A DNA stretch of 18,629 nucleotides from Octopus sinensis (lineage: Eukaryota), in contig NW_021824419.1 of assembly GCF_006345805.1 (NCBI RefSeq), forward strand, positions 1 through 18,629, read 5' to 3'. Below are positions 1 to 8,936 of the stretch, in pieces. A model generated the notes under the pieces. That model saw only the letters and a list, made by a program, of their open reading frames with translations, was not told the origin of the DNA and made no database searches. A program made the position numbers and the translations under genes. Positions within the stretch are counted from its first letter, which is position 1, and the number at the start of each line of letters is the position of its first letter.

Positions 1-186
1 TATGCATGGTGGTGATGTTTGTTTTTTGTTGATGTCTGTCCCTCCATGTCCAAGGCAAGGCAGCCCTGACGCCCCTTCAACACCCCTCAACTATAAATCC
101 ATGAAGACGTCTTGCAATTTTCTTGAGCACCAGTTCTATGTGTGATTTTTGTTTTTGCACCATACAAAATCCACATCTGCTTTGCA

Positions 187-860
187 TCTACCACCACCAT
201 CACCACCACAATCACCATCACCACCACCACCACCATCACGACTACCATTTCTACTGCTGCTGCTACTACTACTACTATCATCAACACCACCATCACCACT
301 ACCATTTCTTCTTCTTTTTCTTCTTCTACTACTACTATCATGTCAATGACAATCACCCCACTACCACTGCACCCACCACCACTATTACCATTACCACTAC
401 TCCTATTATTATTACCACCCATCACAACCACCAATTCTACAGCTACTACTACTACTGCTACTACCACTATTATCTGCACCACAACCACCATCTTCACACA
501 CACACACACACACACACACACGACCATCACCACCTCGACCACCACTACCAACACCATCACCACCACTACATCACCCCCACCCCCGATGCCACCGCCACCC
601 CTACTGCTGTCACCACTACCAACATGACCAACACTACCACCACCACCACTGCGACCCGACCTCCATTGCCACCACCACCATCACCACCACTACAACATCA
701 AGCCTCCTGCCACCACCAGCACTACCGCCACCCCTGCTGCCACCTTCATCTACACTCCCCCACCCATCATCACTACCAACATGTCCAACACTAACACCAC
801 CATCACCACCTGGACCACAACCACCACCACCACTGCTGCCGCCGCCCCCGCCAACACCAT
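187..860. repeat. Compound trinucleotide microsatellite (ACC/ACT/ATC)n with a short (CA)n
   Basis: Continuous accaccacc/actactact/atcacc runs; explains the poly-T/H/P/V ORFs in several frames. Confidence 0.95.
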
Positions 861-996
861 GTAGATAATAATACATGTTTCCTGGTGTTTATTTACATCC
901 AGCCTCTTCTCCAGTGGGATGTAGATAAAGCTATTTTAGTTTACCTTGCCAACGGGCCTCCTCTCCCTCTCTCTCTCTCTCTCTCTCTATACAGTG

Positions 997-1010
997 CTGC
1001 CACCTGCTGT
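997..1010 (-). promoter_or_regulatory. CTCF-like motif
   Basis: Minus strand reads ACAGCAGGTGGCAG, 13/14 to the consensus CCASYAGRKGGCRS, in non-repeat sequence beside a (CT)n tract. Motif only. Confidence 0.3.
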
Positions 1011-1414
1011 TTACTAAAAGTAGGCTTTGACATCACTTTGATGATGTTAGCAAACCCCCAAGCAAAAAAAAAAGAAAAATATTTTAATTAACAAATCAAA
1101 TCAAGAAATATTAAACTGAGTTATTTTAATTGCTTAGAATTACATGGAGCTTAAAGTAACGAGAACTAATTTGACAAATGTTTAATTAATTCAAAGGGAG
1201 AAAAAAAAAATCAAAAGGAAATTAAGAAAAAATAAAAGAAGATAAAAAGAGGCAATGTGGAGTTTGGTGGGGGTGCATCCTTGAAATTTTGATACATTAA
1301 AAATTAATTCTTCATCATCATCATCATGAGCATCATTGTTTTATTGTCCACTTGTTATTGTCTGCTTTTCCATTCTTAGATGACTAAGACGGAATGTTTT
1401 TGAGGCAGATGTTG

Positions 1415-1965
1415 TTCTGTGGCTGGACGCCTTTCCTGTCATCAACCTTCACCTGTAAATTATCTGTGCTGTAGCGATGATTCTCAAGACATCAATTTTT
1501 TTTTAATAGAGTTCTACGGCCAGAGATATTAAGAGGTTTTCTATTGCCAGGTGCCCTTCTTATCAGCAACCCTCACCTTATATTTCACCTGTCCCATAAT
1601 GCAGCTGTTTTGACCACTTCCTGTGAAGCCCAGCAGAATAGAATTTCCTTACTTGAAGAACAAGTGAGGGTTGGTCACAGGAAGAGTATCTACCTGTTGA
1701 AGATCCTTTGATAAGTTTTATCCAACACAGATCAACAGAAATGGAAAAAAAGCAGGTGTAAACACGAAGATGGCAATGATGATGATTCTGAAGGCATTTA
1801 ACTATTTGTTAACCATTTTTCTGTTGAAATACATTGATTCTGTTTCAATCCATTTGGGTCAGATGGATGAGTCGGATGATATTTCTTGAGTCAGATGGTT
1901 ATTTCTGTAGCTAGATGCTCTTCTCCTCACCAACCTTTACCTGTAAATTACCTGTTCCATAATGC
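1415..1965. mobile_element. Cluster of degenerate SINE-D-like fragments (three minus, one plus)
   Basis: Decayed variants of ctggatgcccttcc...caacc at ~1421, ~1546, ~1910; plus-strand ggttggtcacaggaagagtatc...gatgatgat at ~1668-1785. Compare 14828-14973 and 17687-17846. Confidence 0.45.
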
Positions 1966-1972
1966 AATAGTT

Positions 1973-2734
1973 TTAGAAAATTACTATTTTTAAACCTCAC
2001 AATGGGAGATACTCAGCAACAGTACTTTGGAATAAAGATTATTAGCAGTATCGCCTGGCATTGCTTGGGTTTGTTTCGACCCTTTAGAATTGGAATTTTT
2101 GAAAAGTAAAAATTTTGCATTGTGTAGCTTGTCATTCTCTTTAAGTGAACAGTTTTCTGGTTGAAATACACCAACAAATGGCAACACAGCAGTCAACAAA
2201 TCGTAAAAAAAAGGGATTTTCATAGAAAAAAAGCCCCTTTTTGATGTAAATAATTTTTGGTGTTAACATGGTCCGATTTGAATTTTTTTCTTCTACGGAA
2301 GGAAGAGCAAGCCTTCTTCTATCATACTCTCAATTTTGGTCAATTTGCGCCGCAGGGTCTTGGAGGAGATAGTGTTAGTTGAAGGTTACCAAACCTGCCA
2401 TACACAGACAACTTCAGCTTTATATATATAGAGATTTGCCAACATAACATGGCAGTCCCGGTTTAGGACGAATGTTGCTGTAATTTAACCCCACGAGACA
2501 TCGTCTCCAGCTGGCTATACCACATGATCTGTTCCCTTGTTCGAAAATATAAATACATAGTGTCATATAGCCAGCTTGAGACGATGTCTCCTGGGGCTAA
2601 ATTCGTCCTAAACCAGGACTGCCATATTCGTCCTAAACCAGGACTGCCATATTATGTTGGTCAAACAATCTTAACTCCAAAGTATTGTGGCTGAATATCT
2701 CTCGGTGTAAGGTTTAAAAATAGTAATTTTCTAA
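1973..2734. mobile_element. Long palindromic MITE-like element, interrupted by a Helitron
   Basis: 1973-1996 (ttagaaaattactatttttaaacc) is the exact reverse complement of 2711-2734. Inverted arms continue inward to a short asymmetric core (~2530-2555). Homologues at 8846-8932 and 16401-17035. Confidence 0.8.
2042..2434 (-). mobile_element. Non-autonomous Helitron
   Basis: Minus strand starts TC(TCTATATATATAAAG) and ends GC-rich segment + CTAA (cf. CTRR); inserted A|T with no TSD. Removing it restores aaagattatttgccaac, matching the uninterrupted MITE aaagattgtttgccaac (~16433). Confidence 0.72.
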
Positions 2735-2979
2735 TGACAAAAGTTGTTTTATTAAATTCTTTGTTATTTTGGAAATCCAGTGAAACAAAAGGCAGCATTC
2801 ATTTGCTGATCGACTGGCTTTTTGGATTGTGCACAATTATACCCTGATTTCGCTTACAAGGGTTAGGGGTTTGATGCGAAGGTTGATGGGAGAAAATCGA
2901 TCAAGGTGCTGTGTGGTGGGATTGAGCCCAGGGCCACAAGGATGTGATCTAAACATTCTAGCAATCTCCCATCCCCACC

Positions 2980-2990
2980 ACCATCACATG

Positions 2991-3022
<32 letters not shown>

Positions 3023-3360
3023 TATATATACACACACATGCATACACACACATATATATACACACACACACACATATGTATGTATTTTCAAATATATGTG
3101 TATGTGTGTTTATATATATATAGACACGCACACACACACACACATACACACATACACACACTCACACACACACACACATATGTATATCCTTTAATGTCCA
3201 TTTGCCATGATGGCAACACACACAAACACACACACATATGTATATACATATATATATGTGTGTGAGTGCATGTATATTATATACACACACACACACGCAC
3301 ACACACACACACACACACATACCACACCACACACACACACATACCACACACACACACACT
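2980..3360. repeat. (TA)n/(CA)n compound microsatellite
   Basis: Direct reading. Confidence 0.95.
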
Positions 3361-3374
3361 TGGTGGTGCACACA

Positions 3375-3470
3375 GTCTTAAGCAAGTCTTTTTATAAGTC
3401 TTTTATAATCCAAATACCAACGATATGGAACAACCTTCTCTCAAGACAAACTGAATGTCAAAATGTCTGG
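3375..3470 (+). pseudogene. Possible relic of a LINE ORF2 C-terminus
   Basis: KSFIIQIPTIWNNL resembles the SF..R...WNxLP motif ending CR1/L2-type ORF2s; too short to be sure. Confidence 0.25.
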
Positions 3471-3642
3471 GAATAGCAGTTGGTGGTGGCAGCAGCTGCA
3501 TTGGTGGAAGTGGTGGTGATGGCGGCGGCAGTAGTGGTTGCAGTAGCGGTGGTAGTGTTGATGTTGTTGTTATGAAATGCGTATCAATATTTTCTAAAAC
3601 TCAGAAATACCAAACAGTAAAAAAAAAAACAAAAAAAAAACA

Positions 3643-4047
3643 AGGAGTGGCTGTGTGGTAAGTAGCTTGCTAACCAACCACATGGTCCCGGGTTCAGTCC
3701 CACTGCGTGGCATCTTGGGCAAGTGTCTTCTGTTATAGCCCCGGGCCGACCAATGCCTTGTGAGTGGATTTGGTAGACGGAACTGAAAGAAGCCTGTTGT
3801 ATATATGTATATATATATGTATGTGTTGTTTTGTGTGTCTGCGGTGTTTGTCCCCCTAGCATTGCTTGACACCGATGCTGGTGTGTTTACGTCCCTGTCA
3901 CTTAGCGGTTCGGCAAAAAGAGACCGATAGAATAAGTACTGGGCTTACAAAGAATAAGTCCCGGGGTCGATTTGCTCGACTAAAGGTGGTGCCCCAGCAT
4001 GGCCGCAGTCAAAATGACTGAAACAAGTAAAAGAGTAAAAGAGTAAA
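3643..4047 (+). mobile_element. SINE-A, complete composite (tRNA-like head, CORE-like CCTTGGGCAAGT body, internal TA/TG microsatellite, tail module, GAGTAAAA repeats)
   Basis: Many near-identical copies in the window on both strands. CTTGGGCAAGT resembles the CORE-SINE motif; octopus OR-type SINEs are known CORE-SINEs, but the family name is unverified. Confidence 0.85.
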
Positions 4048-4377
4048 GGTGCAGGCATGGCTGTGTGGTAAGAAGTTTGGTTGCAGGTTCAGTCCCACTC
4101 TGCAGCACCTTGGGCAAGTATCTTCAACTGTAGTCTCGGGGCTGACCGAGGCCTTTGTGAGTGGATTTGGTAGACAGATGTACACAAAGGTATGTGTGTA
4201 TGTGTACATGTGTGCGTGTATATATGATGGGCTTCCACACAGTTTCCATTTATCAAATTCTCTCATGCAGCATTGCTTGTCCTAGGCTGATAGTGCAAGG
4301 TGCCATCCAATGGGATTGAACCTCAAACCGCATGGTTGAAAAGCTAGTTTCTTCCCCACACATCCATACCTGCACCT
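4048..4377. mobile_element. Two further SINE-A bodies: + (4048-4185) and a degenerate - copy (4205-4377)
   Basis: ggctgtgtggtaagaag...gtggatttggtagac, then a diverged reverse complement. Confidence 0.75.
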
Positions 4378-4669
4378 ATATATATATATATATATATATA
4401 TTTATAAAATTAGTGTACATTTAAACGCAAAAAAGGTGAGCTTTAACAGGTTGCCTTACATGCTAGAGAGAACAGTCAAAAAGTCCTAAACCACAGTTAA
4501 GAACAATTTCGAAGGGAATGAAAAATAAAAACATTTGCCATATTTTACAGCTGGACCTTTGGTTTCAAACTTTAATTAGCAAATAAAATAATTAGCAAGG
4601 CGAAGTTCTCATCAGCAGGTACGCCAAACATTAACATATAAATTAGAGACAAAATAATATGTGTCTCAT

Positions 4670-4703
<34 letters not shown>

Positions 4704-4909
4704 TGTGACCTCGTCTGTATCACTAGCGATTTTTTTCCCCTGTCTTCCCTTCTCGGGATCTTTCCTTCTCCTTTGTTTCTGACGAAGAGCTCCGCTCGAA
4801 ACGTCAAACCCTCCTTCTTCCCTTCTTTCCTGAGCATCCAATAATACTTTATTTGTTCTACGTCCTTGCGTTGTTGTTTTTTTGTTATTGTTTTCTTGTT
4901 TGGATTAAC
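4704..4909 (+). mobile_element. ~200-bp Penelope-like/retrozyme-like non-autonomous element in (TA)n (family 1)
   Basis: Flanked by (TA)n on both sides; homologous over its length to the reverse complement of 15031-15229; contains a hammerhead motif. Confidence 0.75.
4775..4809 (+). ncRNA. Minimal type I hammerhead ribozyme, core intact
   Basis: GUUU-CUGACGA-A-GAGC-UCC-GCUC-GAAA-CGUC-AAAC: stem I GUUU/AAAC, CUGAnGA, stem II GAGC/GCUC, GAAA, palindromic ACGU helix III, GUC site (predicted cut after 4805). Activity not shown. Confidence 0.72.
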
Positions 4910-5055
4910 TATATATATATATATTATGGATAGTGATGGATTATTAATCCGGACAAAATACTTCATAAGCTCTCTGTTGACAAGCCAGAGTTTTCTTTTA
5001 TTGTGTTTTCTTTTCTTTTTGTGTTTGGTAAAAATCCTCTTTTCTTGTTTTGCAG

Positions 5056-5187
5056 TGCAAATGTATCAATGAACGAGGGGAACATCATAGATTTGAACCC
5101 TAATCCAGAGAATCGGCTGCGGAAGAGAGTGTGTGGTGGTTCAACCATGAGGATGTTCATAATGGCAGATTTGAGTCCTAAAGATGG
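5056..5187 (+). CDS. Internal coding exon of an unidentified gene (ANVSMNEGNIIDLNPNPENRLRKRVCGGSTMRMFIMADLSPKDG)
   Basis: Long polypyrimidine tract + ttttgcAG acceptor; GG|GTAAGG donor; 132 nt, phase 2/2; only one frame is open; unique sequence. Confidence 0.7.
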
Positions 5188-5308
5188 GTAAGGTTTACAA
5201 AATTAGTCTTTATTTTATGTATTACAGAGTCTTGGCTTGTACCAAGGAGGTTTCTTGCTCCCTAATCTGGCTGAAAGATTGAACGTTCCTAAAATGTTAA
5301 CAGTGGAA

Positions 5309-5674
5309 ATGTTGTTGTTGTTGCTGTTTGCTTGTTTGTTTCTTTGTTGAGCGAAGCGGTCTTCGTCCCAGTAGTGGGAGAAGTCCGAAACGTGGTTCTT
5401 TGCTATTCCTAAGACTCGCAGAAGAGAAAGCAGGTCAACCCTCGACACCGAGAGCATCAATGGATGGATGAATGCGCATCCAGGCTCAGGAAGAAAAAGA
5501 GTGAGAGAAAGTTGGGGCGAAAGAGTACAACAGAGGTCGCCACCACCCCCTGCCGGAGCCTCGTGGAGCTTTAAGTGTTTTCGCTCAATAAACACACACA
5601 ACGCCTGGTCTGGGAATCGAAACCGCGATCCTCCGACCACGAGTCCGCTGCCCTAACCACTGAGCCATTGCGCC
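5309..5674 (-). mobile_element. SINE-C, full length (tRNA head, stem-loop 3' module, (CAA)n tail)
   Basis: Minus-strand head GGCGCAATGGCTCAGTGG (A box)...GGTTTCGATTCCC (B box) matches 8937; hairpin tcccagtagtggga near the tail. Confidence 0.85.
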
Positions 5675-5751
5675 TCCACTGTTGTTGCTGTTGTTGTTGT
5701 TGTTGGCATTGGTGGTGGTGGTGCTGTTGTTGCCATTGTCGTTGTTGTTTA

Positions 5752-6357
5752 GTTTCAGTCTAGACCAGATCCTTTTGATCCATGATCAAACGTGACCCCA
5801 GTTCAGATCACATCAAGCAATCTGTAGTGAAATGATGATCCGCTTCAATCCAGATCCAACAGAGGTATTGATCAAATGTGACCCCAGTTCAGGCCAGATC
5901 CTTGAGATATGTGATCAAATACACAGATATCAGATCTCTTTTTGCAGAGCTATGGCCAAGGGTGAATGCAGTTTAATCTGGGTCCAATACGCCTATGATA
6001 AATGGAGATCCCAGTTCATCCCAGATTCAACAGGCCTATGATAAAAACAGATCCAACTCAATCCAAATTCTCCAACAGATTTACCATCAAATGTGATCCC
6101 AGTTCAGCCTGTCAAACCTGGGATCAGATGTAATCCCAGCTCAGCCTGGATCCAGCTGACCTGTGATCAAATGTGACCCCTAGTTCCGTCCAGGTCCAGT
6201 AGCTCTATGATCAAGTATGATTCCAGTTCAGTCTAGATCCAGCAGAAATAGGATTAAGAGTGGCCCCTACTTTGGTTCAGATTTAGCAGAACTATGATCA
6301 AATGTGACCCCTAGTTCAGTCCAGATCCAGGAGAAATACTTCAAGAGTGACCCCTAG
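5752..6357 (+). repeat. Degenerate ~43-bp minisatellite, ~14 units
   Basis: Anchor tgatcaaatgtgacccc recurs at 5783, 5825, 5869, 5912, 5953, 5996, 6039, 6084, 6121, 6164, 6208, 6251, 6295, 6338. Confidence 0.85.
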
Positions 6358-6360
6358 TAC

Positions 6361-6712
6361 ATGCTTTGTGGTATTTTGTCTGTCTTCACATTCTGTGTTC
6401 AATTCTCTCTGAGGTTGAATTTGCCTTTCGTCCTTTTGGGGTTGTTGAAATAAGGACCAGTTGAGCACAGGGGTTGATAAAAATCAACCAGCTCTAACCC
6501 CCCAAAATTTCCAGTCTTATGCGTGCACCGGACCAAATGCTTTATGGCATTTTGTCCACCTTTATGTTCTGAGTTCAAATTCTGCTGAGGTTGACTTTGC
6601 CTTTCATCCTTTCGGGGTGGATAAATTAAGTACCAGTTGAACACTGGGGTCAATGTAATCGATTTATCCCCCTCCCCCTAAAATTGCTGCCCTTGCGACA
6701 AAATTTGAAATC
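6361..6712 (+). mobile_element. Two tandem 5'-truncated SINE-B copies
   Basis: gttcaaattctgctgaggttgactttgcctttcatcctttcggggtggataaattaagtaccagttg occurs twice (first more decayed); reverse copy at 17856-18085. Confidence 0.8.
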
Positions 6713-7088
6713 ATTATTACCTCTGCCTTAGCAAAGGCAGAGGTATTGTTTTCAGTTGTGTTTGTTTGTTTGTCCTTGGACAAGATATCTCAAGATCCGC
6801 TGAATGGATTCGGATGAAACTTTCAGGGATGTTCGGCCTCATGACTGACAATGAACTGATTAGATTTTGGGATTGATTCCATACCAGACAAGGATTCTGG
6901 ATTATTTTTCCTGTTTTTTTTTACTTAATTTTTGAGAGCAGTTGGGTTCATTTTTAGTATTCTCATTTGTGAGAGCACTCAAGTTTATTTCAGATATTCT
7001 CATTTTAAAAATCATCTCTGGCTAATTGCCAAGAGGATGTTGGTGTTGCTTTGGTGGAGGTTGATTGTTCTCTGGGTGTTCTTGTTAT
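6713..7088 (+). mobile_element. Helentron-associated HINE/DINE-1-like element
   Basis: 5' perfect 12-bp hairpin tacctctgcctt-agca-aaggcagaggta, then (GTTT)n, and a 3' subterminal inverted copy ggtggaggt (7053-7061) in T-rich flanks. Confidence 0.65.
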
Positions 7089-7120
7089 TATTATTCTGCC
7101 AGCTTGCCGTCTTCAAGACA

Positions 7121-7383
7121 TTGAGCTTGCAGAATCGTTGGCACACTGGACAGCAGGCTTAGCAATATTTGGTCCACATGGTTCTGGGTTTATTCCCACT
7201 GCGTGGCACCTTGGGCAAGTGTCTTCTATGAAAGCCTTGGGCTGACCAAAGCCTTGTTAGTGGATTTGGTAGACGGAAACTGAAAAAAGCCCGTCGTATA
7301 TATATGTACATATATATATATATATAACAATGATAAATCTCAGAGTGAGTTATAATCACTCTGAGATTATATATGCATCACGT

Positions 7384-7418
<35 letters not shown>

Positions 7419-7657
7419 GTGTGCATATATGTTTGTGTGCCTGTGTTTGTCCCCACCCCCAACATCGCTTAACAACTGATGCTGGTGTGTTTATGTCCCC
7501 ATAACTTAGCAGTTCGGCAAAAGGAGACCGATAGAATAAGTACTAGGCTTTCAAAGAGTAAGTCCTTGGGTCGATTTGCTCGACTAAAGGTGGTGCTCCA
7601 GCATGGCCGCAGTCAAATGACTGAAACAAGTAAAGAGTAAAAGAGTAAAGAGTAAGA
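7121..7657 (+). mobile_element. Chimeric SINE (B-type head, A-type body and tail)
   Basis: gagcttgcagaatcgttggcac...gcttagcaatatttggtc (B head, cf. reverse complement of 18030-18085) runs into cacatggttctgggt...ccttgggcaagtg (A body); tail module 7430-7657. Confidence 0.7.
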
Positions 7658-7660
7658 GTA

Positions 7661-7706
<46 letters not shown>

Positions 7707-7877
7707 TTATATATGGTGTCTATAATTACAGACATCACTAAATATATCTCCAATGGTTGTTATATTTTTTGATAGCATAAAAGGTTAGATAGGATGATGT
7801 CTATATAACAATAACCAACAATATGTTGTGCAAATGTATAGTAATATTACAATCATGAAATTAGCATTAGCTTATCT

Positions 7878-7953
7878 CACTGTTTCTCATGGAATCCGTA
7901 GGAACCGTTTGCAGAACCCTAGGGTTCCAGGGAACCCCAGTTGAGAAGCGCTG
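7878..7953. mobile_element. Tiny internally deleted hAT (Charlie-like) relic
   Basis: Imperfect TIRs cactgtttctca / tgagaagcgctg (9/12), internal ggttcc/ggaacc palindromes; putative 8-bp flanks share only 4/8 including the central TA. Confidence 0.45.
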
Positions 7954-8340
7954 GGCTAGATCGTGATAGAGAGACAGAGAAGCAGAAACAAAGTGTTTTG
8001 CTATAAAGGTGTTGGCATTGTAGGAAAGGATCTGATGTCAGGTGATAAAAGGTTCGTCAGTTCTTAGGCTGGGTTGAATGCAGTGAAATAGGGAGAGAGT
8101 GCGATTGTCCTGATGGAAAATAAATATTGATTGATTAGATCATAGAGCAGTGTGATTGACTGGATCGATATCTCAGTGTTTACCTGGAGCAGGTGAATAC
8201 TTAAAAGGAAACAGTTGTATTGTACTCTGGTAACAATGCATCATGGGATCGTTTCAACACCTTTTTTTTTGTCTTTTCTTGCTTATTTTTCCATGTGGCA
8301 AGGATACATTAATACGCACAAGTACAACACTGTCTTCAGG

Positions 8341-8668
8341 GTCATCATCATCATCGTCATCATCATCATCACCACCATCACCACAATTATCATCACCATC
8401 ACCACCACTATCATCATCATCATAACCACTACCATCATCATCATCATTGTTGTTGTCATCATCATCATCATTGTCATCATTGTTGTTGTCATCATCATCA
8501 TCATTATCATCATTGTCATCATTGTCACCATCATCGTCATCATCACCATCACCATCATCATTGCCATCATCATCATCTTCATTGTCATCATCATCATCAT
8601 CATCGCCGTTGTCATCATCATCATCCTCATCATTGTCATCATAATCATCGTTGTCGTCGTCATCATCA
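8341..8668. repeat. (ATC)n/(GTC/GTT) microsatellite
   Basis: Direct reading; source of the poly-I/S/D/M ORFs. Confidence 0.95.
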
Positions 8669-8845
8669 GCCACCTCCCAGAATAGTCTGCTGTCATGTCC
8701 AGCGGACTGATCCTGGCATATGATATGGTTTATACAATGGCAAGTTTCCTTTCTTTTACGTGGGGGCTGGTGACTCAGGGGTCACCACACCACACACACA
8801 CATACACACCCACACAAATACACACATACCACCCCCATATTTATG

Positions 8846-8932
8846 CAACATAAAGTGGTAGTCCTGGTTTAGGACAAATGTTACTGTTATTTAGCCCCCC
8901 AAAACATCATCTCCAGTTGGTTATACAACACA
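8846..8932. mobile_element. Arm fragment of the palindromic MITE
   Basis: gtagtcctggtttaggacaaatgttactgttatttagcccc...ctccagttggttatacaacac aligns to 2440-2525. Confidence 0.75.
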
Positions 8933-8936
8933 CTGT

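Noticed and set aside
87-876. Long ORFs rich in T/H/V/P (also 8215-8696, 9392-10472, 12392-12961, 13349-13913, 18176-18612)
   Set aside because: Stop-free only because they lie in microsatellites; open in several frames and on both strands.
995-1019. 25-nt AG...GT exon candidate
   Set aside because: The acceptor is a (CT)n microsatellite, and the frame needed to join the 5056 exon contains TAA.
4414-4435. 22-nt exon candidate before the strong donor AAG|GTGAGC
   Set aside because: Weak acceptor and a stop in the compatible frame.
4551-4618. 68-nt exon candidate (ttttacAG...CAG|GTACGC); also CTGATGA on the minus strand
   Set aside because: Stops in all three frames, though a non-coding exon is not excluded. 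The CTGATGA has no stem II or GAAA, so it is not a hammerhead.
5752-6357. CRISPR-like regularly spaced repeat
   Set aside because: Units are diverged along their whole length with no unique spacers or cas genes; eukaryotic context.
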